Below the pieces are notes generated by a model. It was not told where the DNA came from and searched no databases. It saw only the letters and a program-made list of their open reading frames with translations. Made by a program: the position numbers and the translations under genes. A DNA stretch of 64,000 nucleotides from positions 434,001 through 498,000 of the forward strand of contig JAPMXV010000052.1 of the NCBI GenBank assembly GCA_026936335.1. The letters are read 5' to 3'. Shown here piece after piece: positions 11,114 through 23,100 of this stretch. Position 1 is the first letter of the stretch. Each line of letters starts with the position of its first letter. The stretch is from Mantamonas sphyraenae STR306. Its lineage: Eukaryota; Protista; CRuMs.

Positions 11114-12901
11114 TCATCCCATGCGACTGCGCACCCACTCGGGCGTCTCCTGTTGTTGTTTGCCTCCTGCGTCACCCCGCCCATTGAGTGAAGCTCCCAT
11201 CTGCTCGGCTGCGCTTTTGCCTCGCCCGACGCTCAACTGCGACATACGCTTGCGATTGTCCATGCGTGCGCGCACAGCACTCTCCACAGAAGAGGCAGTC
11301 AGCGCTGCGTGGCTGCGTGGTCCGGACGTGGATGACTGCCGTGTGGATGTCGTGACCGCTGCCACCTCGTCGTCTTCCTCGCTTGGGTCATGGTCTCCCT
11401 CTTGTCCCACCGTCTCCCACTGGAACTCGCCCATCGACGCCACACCTCCCTTGTTGGATGTCTCATGTCCCTGGCCTGCCTCGATTGGCGATCCATGCAC
11501 CAGCTTGGCCTGCACCCACCCGTCGTCCTCCCCTCCTTCATCCGCCGCCTCGCCCCCATCCTTTGCCTCTGTCTGCCAGACCTGCTCTTCAGCCCCACGG
11601 GCCTCTGCCTCCTCTTCTTCTTCCTCCTCTGCTGCACTGTCTTCTCCTTCGCCTCCCAGCGAGTCCACCGTCACGTGTTGCTTCACCAACCCGTCCAGCT
11701 CCTCCTCCGTCATGACCTCACCCTCACCAGCCCTCTCTTCCCTCTCTTCTTTAGGCTCCTTTTCCATCATTTGGGCAATTTCATGCGACCCTCGTGCCAT
11801 CTGCTGCTTGAACGACTCGATCTGCCGCGTCACCTCCTTGTTCTGCGCCAGCACGTCTCCCAAGAACTCCCTGTCTCCGTACTGCTTCTCCTTGGAGACA
11901 TTCCACTGCTCGCGAAGTGTCCTGCTCCGTTCTGCACTCCGTTTCTGCAGCTCCGCCACCACAGGGTCCACCCGTCCGCCTCCGTTCCGCTCGCGCAGCC
12001 TTCGCTCGTCCATGGTCTCCTTGTGAGGCGTCCTGCTGGACACACCTGCGTCTGGTGTGCGTTCGCCCAGTTTCTTGTCGTCGTACTCTCTTGCAAGCTT
12101 GAGCGTGGCCACGATTTCGTGCAAGTCGCCCAATTCCCGCGTCACCGCAAGCAGCTGCTCCACCACCGCTTCCTTCTCGTCTTTCATCTTGCTCACAATC
12201 CCCTGCGCTATTTTGTACTGCTCTCTGTACTTCACTGCCCGTTTGTGTTTCTGCCGAGCCACCTTCTTCGCCTCTTCCAGCGCCGCCTCCAGCTTGCGTG
12301 TCCGTTGGCCCGCGTTCTCTTCCGCCTCCGTGTCCATCGCCTGCATTTGCGCACGCATTGCCTCCATGAAGCTGCGCTGCTCCGCACACTTTTCCTCCAA
12401 CCTCTCAATGTCTGCATCCTTCACACCCATCTGCCGCTCCGCATCGGCCAACGCCGCCTGCTGCCGCTGCACCAGCTCGTACAGCGACTCCCTCTCCCGC
12501 TCGCTGTCTTGGAGCTCCTGCGTGCACCCTTCAATCAGGTCCTGCTGTTCCGAAATCAGCTCTTGCATGTCCTCACGCTCCTGCTCCCATGCCTGCGCCT
12601 CCACAGCGTGCTCTTGTCGAAGCCGCTCCATCTGCTTCCGCGTCGCCTCCAGCGTGTTCACAACCTCCTTCTGAACATCCAACCGCATTTGGCTGGCATT
12701 CAACCGTTTTCGCATTCCATTGTCGTCCATTCCCCGTCCTGCAGACTCGATCGGGCGAAACTGCGGCATGTCAGCCGACGACGACATTGTCGACGACGTG
12801 CCCGCAAATCCGCCCTGCGGGCTGTGAGACGCTGCCCCAGCCATGCTGTTGTCATTCATGTTGCTTACATGAGGTGGCGCGCGAAAGTCGCGAAAGTCCA
12901 T
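11114..12901 (-). CDS. Hypothetical coiled-coil protein
   Basis: 595-aa ORF with long E/Q/R/K heptad-rich segment and acidic tail. Confidence 0.7.
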   Translation of the reverse strand: MDFRDFRAPPHVSNMNDNSMAGAASHSPQGGFAGTSSTMSSSADMPQFRPIESAGRGMDDNGMRKRLNASQMRLDVQKEVVNTLEATRKQMERLRQEHAVEAQAWEQEREDMQELISEQQDLIEGCTQELQDSERERESLYELVQRQQAALADAERQMGVKDADIERLEEKCAEQRSFMEAMRAQMQAMDTEAEENAGQRTRKLEAALEEAKKVARQKHKRAVKYREQYKIAQGIVSKMKDEKEAVVEQLLAVTRELGDLHEIVATLKLAREYDDKKLGERTPDAGVSSRTPHKETMDERRLRERNGGGRVDPVVAELQKRSAERSRTLREQWNVSKEKQYGDREFLGDVLAQNKEVTRQIESFKQQMARGSHEIAQMMEKEPKEEREERAGEGEVMTEEELDGLVKQHVTVDSLGGEGEDSAAEEEEEEEAEARGAEEQVWQTEAKDGGEAADEGGEDDGWVQAKLVHGSPIEAGQGHETSNKGGVASMGEFQWETVGQEGDHDPSEEDDEVAAVTTSTRQSSTSGPRSHAALTASSVESAVRARMDNRKRMSQLSVGRGKSAAEQMGASLNGRGDAGGKQQQETPEWVRSRMG

Positions 12902-12999
12902 TTGATTGGCACACCCCGTTGATTTGACTCGGCCCCCCGCTCTCGCCGCTCCTCAACCCTCCCCCCCCCTCCCCCAAACCTAACCTTCCGCTCTGTCCA

Positions 13000-14277
13000 T
13001 CACCTGCTCTCCTCCGCTTTGCCGGGAATGTGCACCTCTGCTGCGCTGAACGACTCGACGTGATCCGAGGCACCCTTGTTCCGCTCCCGGTAGCTGCTCG
13101 AACGCAGCCACAGGATCAGATTATACCTTTCGCCCTCTTCGATGCCCAGCGCACCGTGGCGGTGCTTGCCTCTGTGCATAAGGGCCTTGTAGCGCACGTG
13201 TTCCCAGTCCAGGTTGTACTTTTCGTCGTTGCCGTCGGCCAGACCCCGCACTCCACGAAAGTACAGATTGCCACCACGAAACTCCTTGCCCAGGCACACA
13301 TTGAACGTCACTTCTGCGTCATCCACATGAAAGTCCAAATCCTTGTCCTCCTCCAACTTGTACTGGACGGTGAAAACGTGATGGCTGTCCAGCTCCGCTC
13401 CGCCACAGTCCTCAAACGCCACCCCTGTCACCACGCCCAAGTAGTCCTCACGCAGCGTGGTGAAGAATGGCGTGAACCCAATCTCGTCCAGGATGCAACC
13501 GTAGTTGTTCATGGAGTTTGGTCGGTTGATGTGCAGGCCTGATGCCTGGAAGTGGTCCACCTCTTCAATCAGGCGTGTGCAAAAGTCCTCCGTAAACAGA
13601 GGCAATGTGTACACATCTGCACTCTCACTGGTCAGAAGCGACCACACAGCCTCGCTCCTGCCGTCCCGCACCGCTTCCAGGAATTCTGCGTCCAGGAACG
13701 ACTCGTCAAACACGTACAAATCCTCATGCAGACGCTTGTAATGCGCCTCCACATACGCAAGGTATTCCTCGCGCATCTGGGCGTCCAGGCGCAGTCGTTG
13801 TTTCTCCGTCATCCGCTCAGCCACCGCGTGTCGCTGGCCGTGGCTCAATAGCCTAAAATCCTCCAGGGTCAGCGAGTCCAAATCCAGCTCATCCAGCTCC
13901 TTTGCTTGCTGCTTCTCAATCTGTGCACGCAGCTCCTCATTCCGCTTTCGTGCAAACGCGTTGTCAATCAGCCGAAACTGCGAGTGTCCTGCCAGCAGTT
14001 GGCCATCCGCATGCCTCTGCACCGCGTGAACCCATACCCAGACCCACAAGTTGATTCGTGTGCACGTGTGCAAGTCGTCCCGAACCCCGTGTCAGCTTCT
14101 GCCTGCCTTCCGTCCAGCTCTGCCCAACCTGTTCTCGGAAAAACCGCCGATCTTCCACCCACGCACCATGTTGAAGCACTGTTCACACAAATCCATCTCG
14201 CATTCTGCACAGTGAACAAGCACAATGGCGTCGCCACACGCCAAGCACACCGAATCTGCAACTGCAGTCGATGACAT
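13000..14277 (-). CDS. OGFOD2: OGFOD2-like 2OG-Fe(II) dioxygenase with N-terminal B-box zinc finger (2 exons)
   Basis: NRPNSMNNYG, LDSHHVFTVQY, FHVDDAEVTFNVCLG, HRGKHRHGA, RYNLILW; exon 1 CLAC...CAECEMDLCEQC spliced in phase 0 (gtgcgt..cag) to RHADGQLLAGH. Confidence 0.8.
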
Positions 14278-14364
14278 TCGCCCCAAGTGATTTTGCTGGC
14301 GGCCACATCGCATCTCGCAAGCACAACCCTCCATTCCTGTTCCCCTCTTCGCATTCTACACCGC

Positions 14365-16290
14365 TCACAAGTCCTTCACACCCAGCCTGTCCAGCTGCCT
14401 GCTGGCATACTCAAACTCGGCCTGCAGCTCCTCCCACAGCGTTTCCATCAACTCCTTTTCCTGCTGCGTCTTCTTTGCAATCTCGTACTCTTCCAGGTTC
14501 TCCTTGCGCAACTTCTGCTTACATGCCAGCCTGAACGTCCTCTGCTCCTCCTCGTCGTTGCTCAGTGCACGGTAGCGAAGAAAGTCAAACACGCGCTCCA
14601 CCTGCTTCTTGCTGATGCGCAGCTGTTTGGCCATACTTGCGCACAGTTCCTTGCTCAAATCCCCCTCTTGCACATCTTTAGCGCTCAAGGCCCCGCTCTT
14701 GGCGCACAAGTGTGCGTCAAATCCCAAGCGCACACGACGCAACGCCGGCGACGGAGCCTCCACAACGAGCTCCACAGCCTTGTCCTCCGCCAGCATGTCT
14801 TCGTAAATGCTCTTCAACAGCTCATTGCCGTGTCCCTGCCTCTGGAAAGGCGGCAGTACAAGGATCTGGCTGAGTCGGTGGCGCTCGTTCTCCGGGTACA
14901 CCCAGAAGCGGTACACCGTCGCATATCCGACAAAACACAGCTCGCCGGCGGTAGTGCGACGGAAACTGAGCGTAGGGATCACGTATGCGAGAGACAGCGG
15001 GTCAATGGGTGTCAGCGGTGCAGTGTTCAACAACAAAAACGCTCTTCACGAGAGGCAAACTCACATCAAGTACAGCACCCAGCGCTCGTCTGCATCGTCG
15101 ATGTACGACGCCTCGTCCACGAAAAAGAGCAGGAAGAAGCGGGCACGATCGTGGTATGCTCGTGCGTCTTCGTTGTTGGCCAGATCACATCTGTAAAACT
15201 CAAACGTCCCGTCGTCGCGGGTGTACTCCTTGATCTTCTCGCCCATGTCTGATGGGTTGATGGTGTTCTTGTCGTCTTGCATTTTACCCAGCAGTGCTTC
15301 GGTGCTCTGCACGTGGTGAGGGAACGCTCCGCAGACGATTTCGTGTACGTCGTCGGGCGTTTGTTCCACGTCGTCTTCCTCTGTTCCCATGTCCATGCTC
15401 ATGTCCTGGTGTGCCAGGCGCGAGAAGGCTTGTGCTGCCTCGCTGCCTCCCTCCACCTTGTCTTCGTACGTAAACTCAAAGGAAAAGTCCAGCGTATCAC
15501 CCAGGATCCGCACTTTGATCTCGGGCTCAGAGTACCCGTATACGCGCTCTCTGTCTCCAAAGTGCTGGTGCGTAAACTCGGGATGGAACACAAATGGGTC
15601 TTGCGCCTCCTCAGACGTCTCGTCCTCCGCCTCCGCCGCCTCCTCGCCAAGTTGCTTCTTGAGATCGTCCTCGCTTGTCACTGGATCCACCAGTCCCCGG
15701 TAGCGACAGAAACCAGGCAGGTGTCAGCTTCATGTGCACAATCACTCCCAAACATCCTTTCCAACCGCCCGACGGCGCGCATGGGCAATTTGCGCGCGTT
15801 TTTCCCGCGCAAAACACAACACCACGCGCTCTGTCTTACCTAGCTGCATGACGATGCGGTCGTTGATGTAAACGTTGTACGGGTCGTCCTCCTCGCCGTC
15901 TTCACCCATCTCCTCCGCCTCCCACAGCTGTCGAGCCATGTAGCCGGCAGGATCTTGCTGCTGCTCGAGTGCATCTTGCAGCAACTGACCCATGCGGCTA
16001 TCCCCCAACCTTTCCTGCAACGCAGCCACAAGAGCCGCTTCGTTGTCGCCGCCCACTTCCGCAGACAATCCTGCAGACAGTGAATCCATGAGCGAGCTGC
16101 GCATCAGCGCAGCAGCGCTGCTTCCTGCGTCTTCCGCTGGCGGCAGTCGCTCCACGGTTTCCACTTTCACTTCCTCTGCGAATCGCACACCCCCTTTGGG
16201 GCGCTCTTGTCCCTGTGACTCTTCCTCGTCTCGGTCTGCCCGCATGCGCTCGGCATCTCGCTTCTTGGCTTTGGCCAGGGCTTTGTCCAT
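14365..16290 (-). CDS. HAT1: Histone acetyltransferase type B catalytic subunit (3 exons)
   Basis: FHPEFTHQHFGDRERVYGY, FFVDEASYID, RLSQILVLPPFQRQGHG, VEAPS; introns at ~15839 (gtaaga) and ~15065 (gtgagt). Confidence 0.92.
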
Positions 16291-16394
16291 CTTTGTGATG
16301 CCGTGCACGAGCTAGCGCAGCACAGATCACATGTGTACACCTGAAAGAGAATGTGCAGGGGTGCGCGAGTGTCTTCATTGCCAACTGTCGCTCA

Positions 16395-19300
16395 TCACCA
16401 CAGCCGCAGGCCCTTGAACGAGCTGAGCACATCAGACAGAAACTCGACCGTCGAGTTCTCGCCCGACTGGTTGCTGCCTTGCATGGGCGAGCGGAGCGAC
16501 GAATCTGCTGTCGCGTACGACTCGTCTTCGCCGTCCGAGTCTGCAGCTTCCATCAGCTCGCTGTCCGTGGTGTGGTCCAAGTATTCCTTCAGAGCACCCA
16601 CCTCTTCCGTGGGTGCAAGTTCAATCTTCAGCACGGGCTTCAGTTTGGTCTTGACAAAGCGTGTCCAGCGTCCACGCGTCGTCTCCCGCACAGTCTGCCC
16701 AATCAGCGGTTCCCGCCGGGAGCTCATCAGCACGCAGTTGCCCATACGCACCAGATGACCGTAGTAGCCTGCCATCTCCACTGTGCCCTTCTTCTTGCTG
16801 TTCTTCAGGTTATAAATGCCTTTCCATGGCCGGCTCGTCTCTTCAAAGTAGTATCGCGGCGATGCCATTTGGGCCGTCATCATCGACGACGTGTCACTTG
16901 CGCTGTCGTCCACGTCCCCATCGACGTCGTGGCCACTCATGTCAAAGTCGAGCACGGGCACATGCTCGGTCGTTGTTGACGGACCACTGCTCGTGCTGGT
17001 GGTTGTCGTCGTCGTCGTGGATGCCGGAGGATCCAACAGCGAACTATCGTCCAAACTCGCTGGACTGTCCAGCATGTCTTCTGTGCCCGCCGACGATGCC
17101 ACATGCTTCGCCGCAAACGGATGAGGAGTACGCGGATGCAGTGCATCCATGTCCTTGGGCTCTGAGCGAGCCACGGGCGAGTCAAACTCGCTGCCCTGCG
17201 ACGAGGCAGTGGCATTGGGAGAACTCGTCACTCGCTCCTGCGTTGCATTCTCAACCTGCGCCAGCACCTCGTCGCTGCCTGTGGGCGCCATGTGCCATTC
17301 CTCGTCGTCGTCACTGTCGCTTTCCTCGTGTGTGTGTTCGCGACGCAGTCGTACGCGTGCAGCCGCAGCCTGTTCTGCACTGATCACCTGGCCCTCGCCA
17401 ATTTCAAATGCATCCAGGATGCGTTGCACGAGGCCACTCTGTGTGACCAGATGCAGCTTCAGCGGCAAGCAACATCCGGCCAGGATCACCTCGACAAGGT
17501 GGAACACCTTGTCGTGCAGCACATTGTTCCACGGGTGCGCAAAGAACACTTCCACACACTCTTTCAGGATGTTGGAAGACACAATGGCCTCCTCGTACTC
17601 CCGGTACTCGGCCAGCACCATGTTTGTCAGCAGCTCGATCACCAACAGCCGCGATGACCCCAAGGTGGGTCCACGGCGCCCACGGCTCCCCTGTACACTC
17701 TTGCCCTTTGCAGGTTGCTGGCGCAACAGTTCCGCAAAGTCGTCCATGCGTCGAGCCAGGCAACGCACCACTCCGGGCACCCTGTTCTCTTCGTCGCCGC
17801 TTGCGCCATTGCCAGCACCGCCGCTTCCATAGCCTGTGCTAAACTCGTCATCTCCGCTACTGCCGTAATCTACAAGTTGGCGCGGCGCAGGGTTCTGTTC
17901 GTTGGCCACGATGCGAGAGAGGAGACGCAAGGCACTCTTGGTGGGCAGCATGCCAAAGTCGCCGCGCTCGATTTGAGCTTCCTCCTTCGCCGAGCGAAGC
18001 CGTTGCATGCTGGGGTTGAAGAAGCACACGTGGTCAATGAGCTGATCGATGGTAAACTCGTCCGACAACGAGGGCACCAGGGAGGACACCGTGCGCTGGC
18101 GGCCAGAGTTGGGTGCTTGCAGCTTCTTCAGAAAGTTTGGCTGATTGCCACGGTCCTCCGGGTCCAGTACATGGTTCAGCACCTGCATGAGGGATGCAAT
18201 GGCTGCCTCTTGTTGAGCCTGAGTCAGGAGCGGGTGCAGCTGGGACACGAGCAGAGGCAGCAGATTCACGCTACCAAACCACGCCGACAACTTGTCTGTG
18301 TTGAAGTGGCCCATCACTGCACGCAGGATCTCCCCAAAGATCTCGTTAAGTTCACCGTAGTTTCCCAGCAGCATCACCATCTGCGCCACGTTCTGGTTGT
18401 GCACGGCGAGGTAAGAGGCAATTGTGCTCACGGACGTGCGCCGCAGCAGGATGCGCATCACGTAACAAAAGTAGTGGCGCAGGGCATCGGCGTCGTATGC
18501 ATAGCCTTCGGGCAGAAACGGCAGCGAGGAATAGGACAGGCCCATGCTGTGCGGCTTCCTCTTGCGTTTCTTCTTCTTGTCGCTGCCCACAGTGGAGGAT
18601 GAGGAGGATGAGGAGGAGGAAGAAGAAGAGGAAGAGGAGGAAGAGGACGACGTATCGCCCTTGACCTTTGCCCCGTCTTCGTCCTGGCTGTCGTCGCCGT
18701 CGCGCAACTGCTGAACCTCTTCGATTGTCAACTGCGGTTCGAGCATGCCAAACAGTCGTTGCAACAGCCATGTGTTCTTTACAATCACCAGCGCCACCTT
18801 TGTGCCGATGCTGGCGTTGAACACTTCATATGCAAATCCGCAGTACTTCTCCTTGTCCGCTTCCAGAAACGAGCCAAGGAAGTGTTGGTACGTCCACTTG
18901 AGCTCTGCGTCGTCCTCTTCTCCGCCACTGCGTCCACTGTTCCCTCCACCAAGCAAAGCGTCTCGAGAATCGCTAAACGTCCGCTGGATTCCACTGAGCA
19001 GCTTTGCGCCTGGGCTATCCACGCGGTTCTTGCCGCTGCTCTCGACGCCGCCGCTGCTTGCCTTTGCCGGTGTGCCTGTGTTTACAGAGAGGGTGTATGG
19101 TGTGTGTGCGTGCGTATGCATGGGCGTCGTGTGCACATATGTGCGCCATGTTGCGGATTCGATGTCAACGTGGTTCGTTTTGGCGTCAGCGTTGTGTGAG
19201 TGTGCGAGTGGGAGAGGGCTGCCGCAAGGGCGCGCCATTGCAGCTCGTTGCACGTGCACCTGCGCCACACGCAGCTGTCTGTCGCCCATGCCGCGCATCT

Positions 19301-19855
19301 GCACAGCATGGTATGTACACGGCCGAGCAGCAAAGGCGCATGCTGGCACATGCACACCGCGATGTGGCCACGTGCCCGCCTCTTGCGCTTGCCGCCAGAA
19401 ATGGGGCGGTGGAACTTCGCCTCGAACCGGTTGGGAAAAAACTCACCGTGCGCCTCAGTCGTTGCTGCAGATCCGGGTCCCTCGGCGCTACCCTTGTCAC
19501 CATCGCCATTACTACTCGTGGCATCGTTGACGTCTCCCTGCTGATGGCCCGCTTCCTCGCGCTGGGGCTTTGGGCTCGCCGCCCGCGCAGGACCGGCTGT
19601 TGCGCCGGGCAGCTTGACCACGTTGCCAAGCAGCAGCAGCTCAAACAGCTCTGCAACAGTCTGTGGCTGCACCAGGAAGTTGACCAGTGCCTTTTGCTTG
19701 CCCTGGTCACACGTGATCAGCAGCTCCTGGTCCACGTCCCAGTCGATCAACGTTTTCAGCGTGGTCCGCTCCCGTCCGGCTTCCTCCGCCACACTCTGGT
19801 TTGTCAGTGCCAGGAGCTCCTCCAGCTCTACGATGCTGCCGCCCTGAGTTTGCAT
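16395..19855 (-). CDS. SIT4-associated / PP6 regulatory subunit (SAPS domain), spliced
   Basis: N-terminal TLKTLIDWD..QELL..KALVNFL; LGSSRLLVIELL, FFAHPWNNVLH, GYYGHLVRMGN motifs. Confidence 0.8.
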
Positions 19856-19925
19856 GTGTGGGCAACGTCCGGCTGCGAGCGAGGATTCCTTGGGGTGTGG
19901 GCGCGAGCGCCGGGGAAGCCACATA

Positions 19926-19947
19926 CAGACTGTTCGGTTCAAGTTGA
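19926..19947 (+). repeat. Left terminal inverted repeat
   Basis: cagactgttcggttcaagttga, preceded by CATA. Confidence 0.92.
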
Positions 19948-20119
19948 CCCTCGCGCCGCAAACCCAGTTGCCAATGCACTTCCCATTCTGAAGTTTGTTC
20001 ATCCACATTGGCACGGCTTGTGTCCCGAAGCTGTGCTCGTTTGGTACTTGGCCCGTCCCATAGCCTGTAGGTGGAGGATGGCCAAAAGCTGCGCCGCGCT
20101 GGGCAAGCAAACGCACAAA

Positions 20120-23100
20120 ATGAGCGAGCATACAAAGCAAACAAAGCAGAAAGGCCAAAGGAAACGTAGGCACAGCAACATCGTCGTTGACCACGACGAT
20201 GAGGACGGCCTTTCCGGTCACGAGAGGGGAGACCAGAAGCGGTCTCGCCACCACGTGTGCGCTTTCCCCCCATTGCGACAGTGTGCTGCAACTTCAAGAG
20301 AGATTCTGCAATGAGTGTGTTCTTTGTGGAAGCGGCCAGGGTTCGGGTTCTGTGGTGGACGGGTACACTGTGCAGCGCCGCAGCGCGCGGAACAGCAACA
20401 TCGGCAGCTCCGCCATGTTCCAGGGTGCAGCAGCGGCGCTTGCCGCATCTGATGATGTCATGGACACAGAATGGGAGTCTGGTGGGATTGAGGAGTACAG
20501 CGACGACGACTACGACGACGAGTACAGCGACGACGACGAGGACAGCGACTACGAGGAGTACCGGCCGGTCGTGACCCGGCCGCGGAAAATGCGCCAACCA
20601 GTTCTGTTGCCTGCAGCCGCCGAGGAGGTGGGTGGTGACTTCCAACTGGCACCTGGACGACGAGGAGGCAGTGGAAAGGCCAAACGGCAGAGGCAGATCT
20701 TGCAGGGCTTTGGCATCGAGTTCCAGCAGGGCTTGACTCAGCTGGAGGGTGACGTCGTGGTGTTGGTGGACGTCAGTTCAATCGTACACACGCGATTGGA
20801 GGCAGCCGCACGTGTTGCCGACGTACCCGAGGCCAAGGTGCGTGAGCTGGTGACGCAGTGTGTGGAGGCCGAAAAAGCGGCCACCGAGCTCCGCGTCGAC
20901 CTCACACTCGCGGACAGCGTCAAGTTTATCCTCATTTGTGATTTGAAACCTGAATTGATCAACGAGCAAGCCCACTCAGTGACCTTTGGCACGCACGTGA
21001 GGCGCATGGAGGGTACTCTGGCGCAGGTGAACACCATGTGCAAAGCTCTCCGCAAGGTGCCCAAGGACAAGGACGTCAGCCTCGACCGCTTGGCGCAGGG
21101 GCACCATCTTTGCTTGAGTGGCCAGGCGCAGGCAGCAGTGTATCATGCTGTGCAAGACCTCTGCTCGCGACACCAGATTTACGAGCTTGGAAATGAGATC
21201 GCCGATGAGACGCACCTGTGCTGTGCGGATGACGTGAAGAACAGGGTTGTGCAGTCGTATGACCAGCAGGAGAACGTCAGCTTCGTGGTGCCACTGTTCG
21301 ATACCGATTGGGGGTACAACATCACCAGGCACCCAGTGTTTTTGCTTCACCGCAAGCTTGGCTGGGCCACGGTTCTGCCGGAGGTGGGCAAACTGGTTTG
21401 CCTGGTTGCTGCGCTGCAGCTGTCCGGTGATATCGAGGCAACCGTCAGGGCACCGCGTCGTAGCATGCTTTCCTTGGAAGAAGAGAGCCTGCGCGAGCTC
21501 CTGGAAAGCGGGGAAAGTTTGCTGGGGTACATTTACGCCCCAATCCTGGACAACGACACATCCATTGCACATCTACTGCAAGGTGCATGTGGCACACAGC
21601 GCGCGTCAAATCACCGTCGCCTGGTGGAGCAACACGCACAAAAGTACCTGGCTAGTGTCAGGCTGTACCTGATTCAGTTTGGGTTTGACGATGCAACCAT
21701 CAAGACTCTGATGTGTTTGAATTCATGGCAGGATGTGTTTGGTACGGGTGGAATGTCCGCCCACCTGGACACAGAGGGATTGCCTGGGGCGCAAGTGCTG
21801 GGCGTTGCCGAGCTGGACGGCGGCGGCGGGCAAGTCGATGCCCTGTTTCAGAGATACGTCGCACAGTATGCCGTGGCTGAGCATGACACATTGCGTGAGG
21901 CACGTGTGTTGCCACCAGGAGACGTGGTTCAGCACGCACAGGCGCTGCGCGGTGCACAGACCCTCTCCACTGTGCTGCCTGACCTGAAGGCCAGTGTGGT
22001 TTCCCGTTGGGAAGCCAGGGAGCCACACAAAGCACTTGCTGTGCCATTGACGGACTTGCAATCCCGACATGCCTACCGTCTGACCGTTGACTCCACCGCT
22101 GTTGGAATGGAGGGCCTGGCGGCGGCTGCGGTGGGGGACGCAGACACCAGCTACACCAATCCAGCCAGCATGTACAACAACATGCTGTCAGTCCGGAAGT
22201 GGAAGAACCTGTGCCGCAAACACGTTCCAGGCAAGTTCCGCCGCCAGCAGCTGAGCCATTTGCACGGCGTGCTGGACACCGATACTTGCGAGCAGCTCAA
22301 GGACACGGATTTGGGAAACGCCATGATGAAGGAGGAGGTGGGTATCGATTTGTCCATGAGCGTGTTCATCGGCAGTACGCAGCAACTGGCCAGCTTGCTG
22401 GGAGGTGTGGCACCGAGCAACGAGGAGGCGGCGTTGTGGAACACAAGGGTCAGCGACGCCATCGACCACGTCTACGGATCGCCACAAGTCGATGGTGGTG
22501 CCCACGAGGGCTCACGGTTGGACTGTGTCATTGACACCATCTTGCCAGAGCCAGAAGAAGACGGCGACTGGGAGGTGTTTTTGGGGCTCACCACACCCAA
22601 GCTCGACTCAGACCAAACAGAGCGACTGGCATCGGGCTCATGTGTGGTGGAGCTTGGTACGCTTGCGGAGCTGCGCAACTCTGCATTGATCACTGAAGAT
22701 GCGGTGGACCAGCTGACGCTAATGGGGCAGGCCTTTGGCGTGATCGCTGCGGTGCAGAGTGATCTCCTCGAATGCTGTCGGCTCGAACCACACAAGGAGC
22801 TCGCGAATGTCCTGTCGGCCACGTGCCAGCTGAAGAAGGGTCATTTCTACTTGAAGGCACCCCCGGATGTGAACATCACAAGCGAGGCGGATTCCATGTT
22901 CCCCGGCTTCATTCCTGTGACGACAGACCTCGTGCTGAGCAGGACACACAACGGTGACATCGTGGCCGAGTACTTGGACGAGATGGGTAACGAGGCCGCG
23001 CGCGAAGGGATGGATGTCAGTGGACTGCCTTCCGGTACGTTTCAAACCCTGTGCGAGCGAGGTGCTGCACACTTGGTCGCCGGATGGCGGGTCATGCTGA

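Noticed and set aside
19004-20314. 436-aa plus-strand ORF crossing the left TIR
   Set aside because: Mostly antisense shadow of the SAPS gene; only the last part (20120-20254) is plausibly a Fanzor exon.
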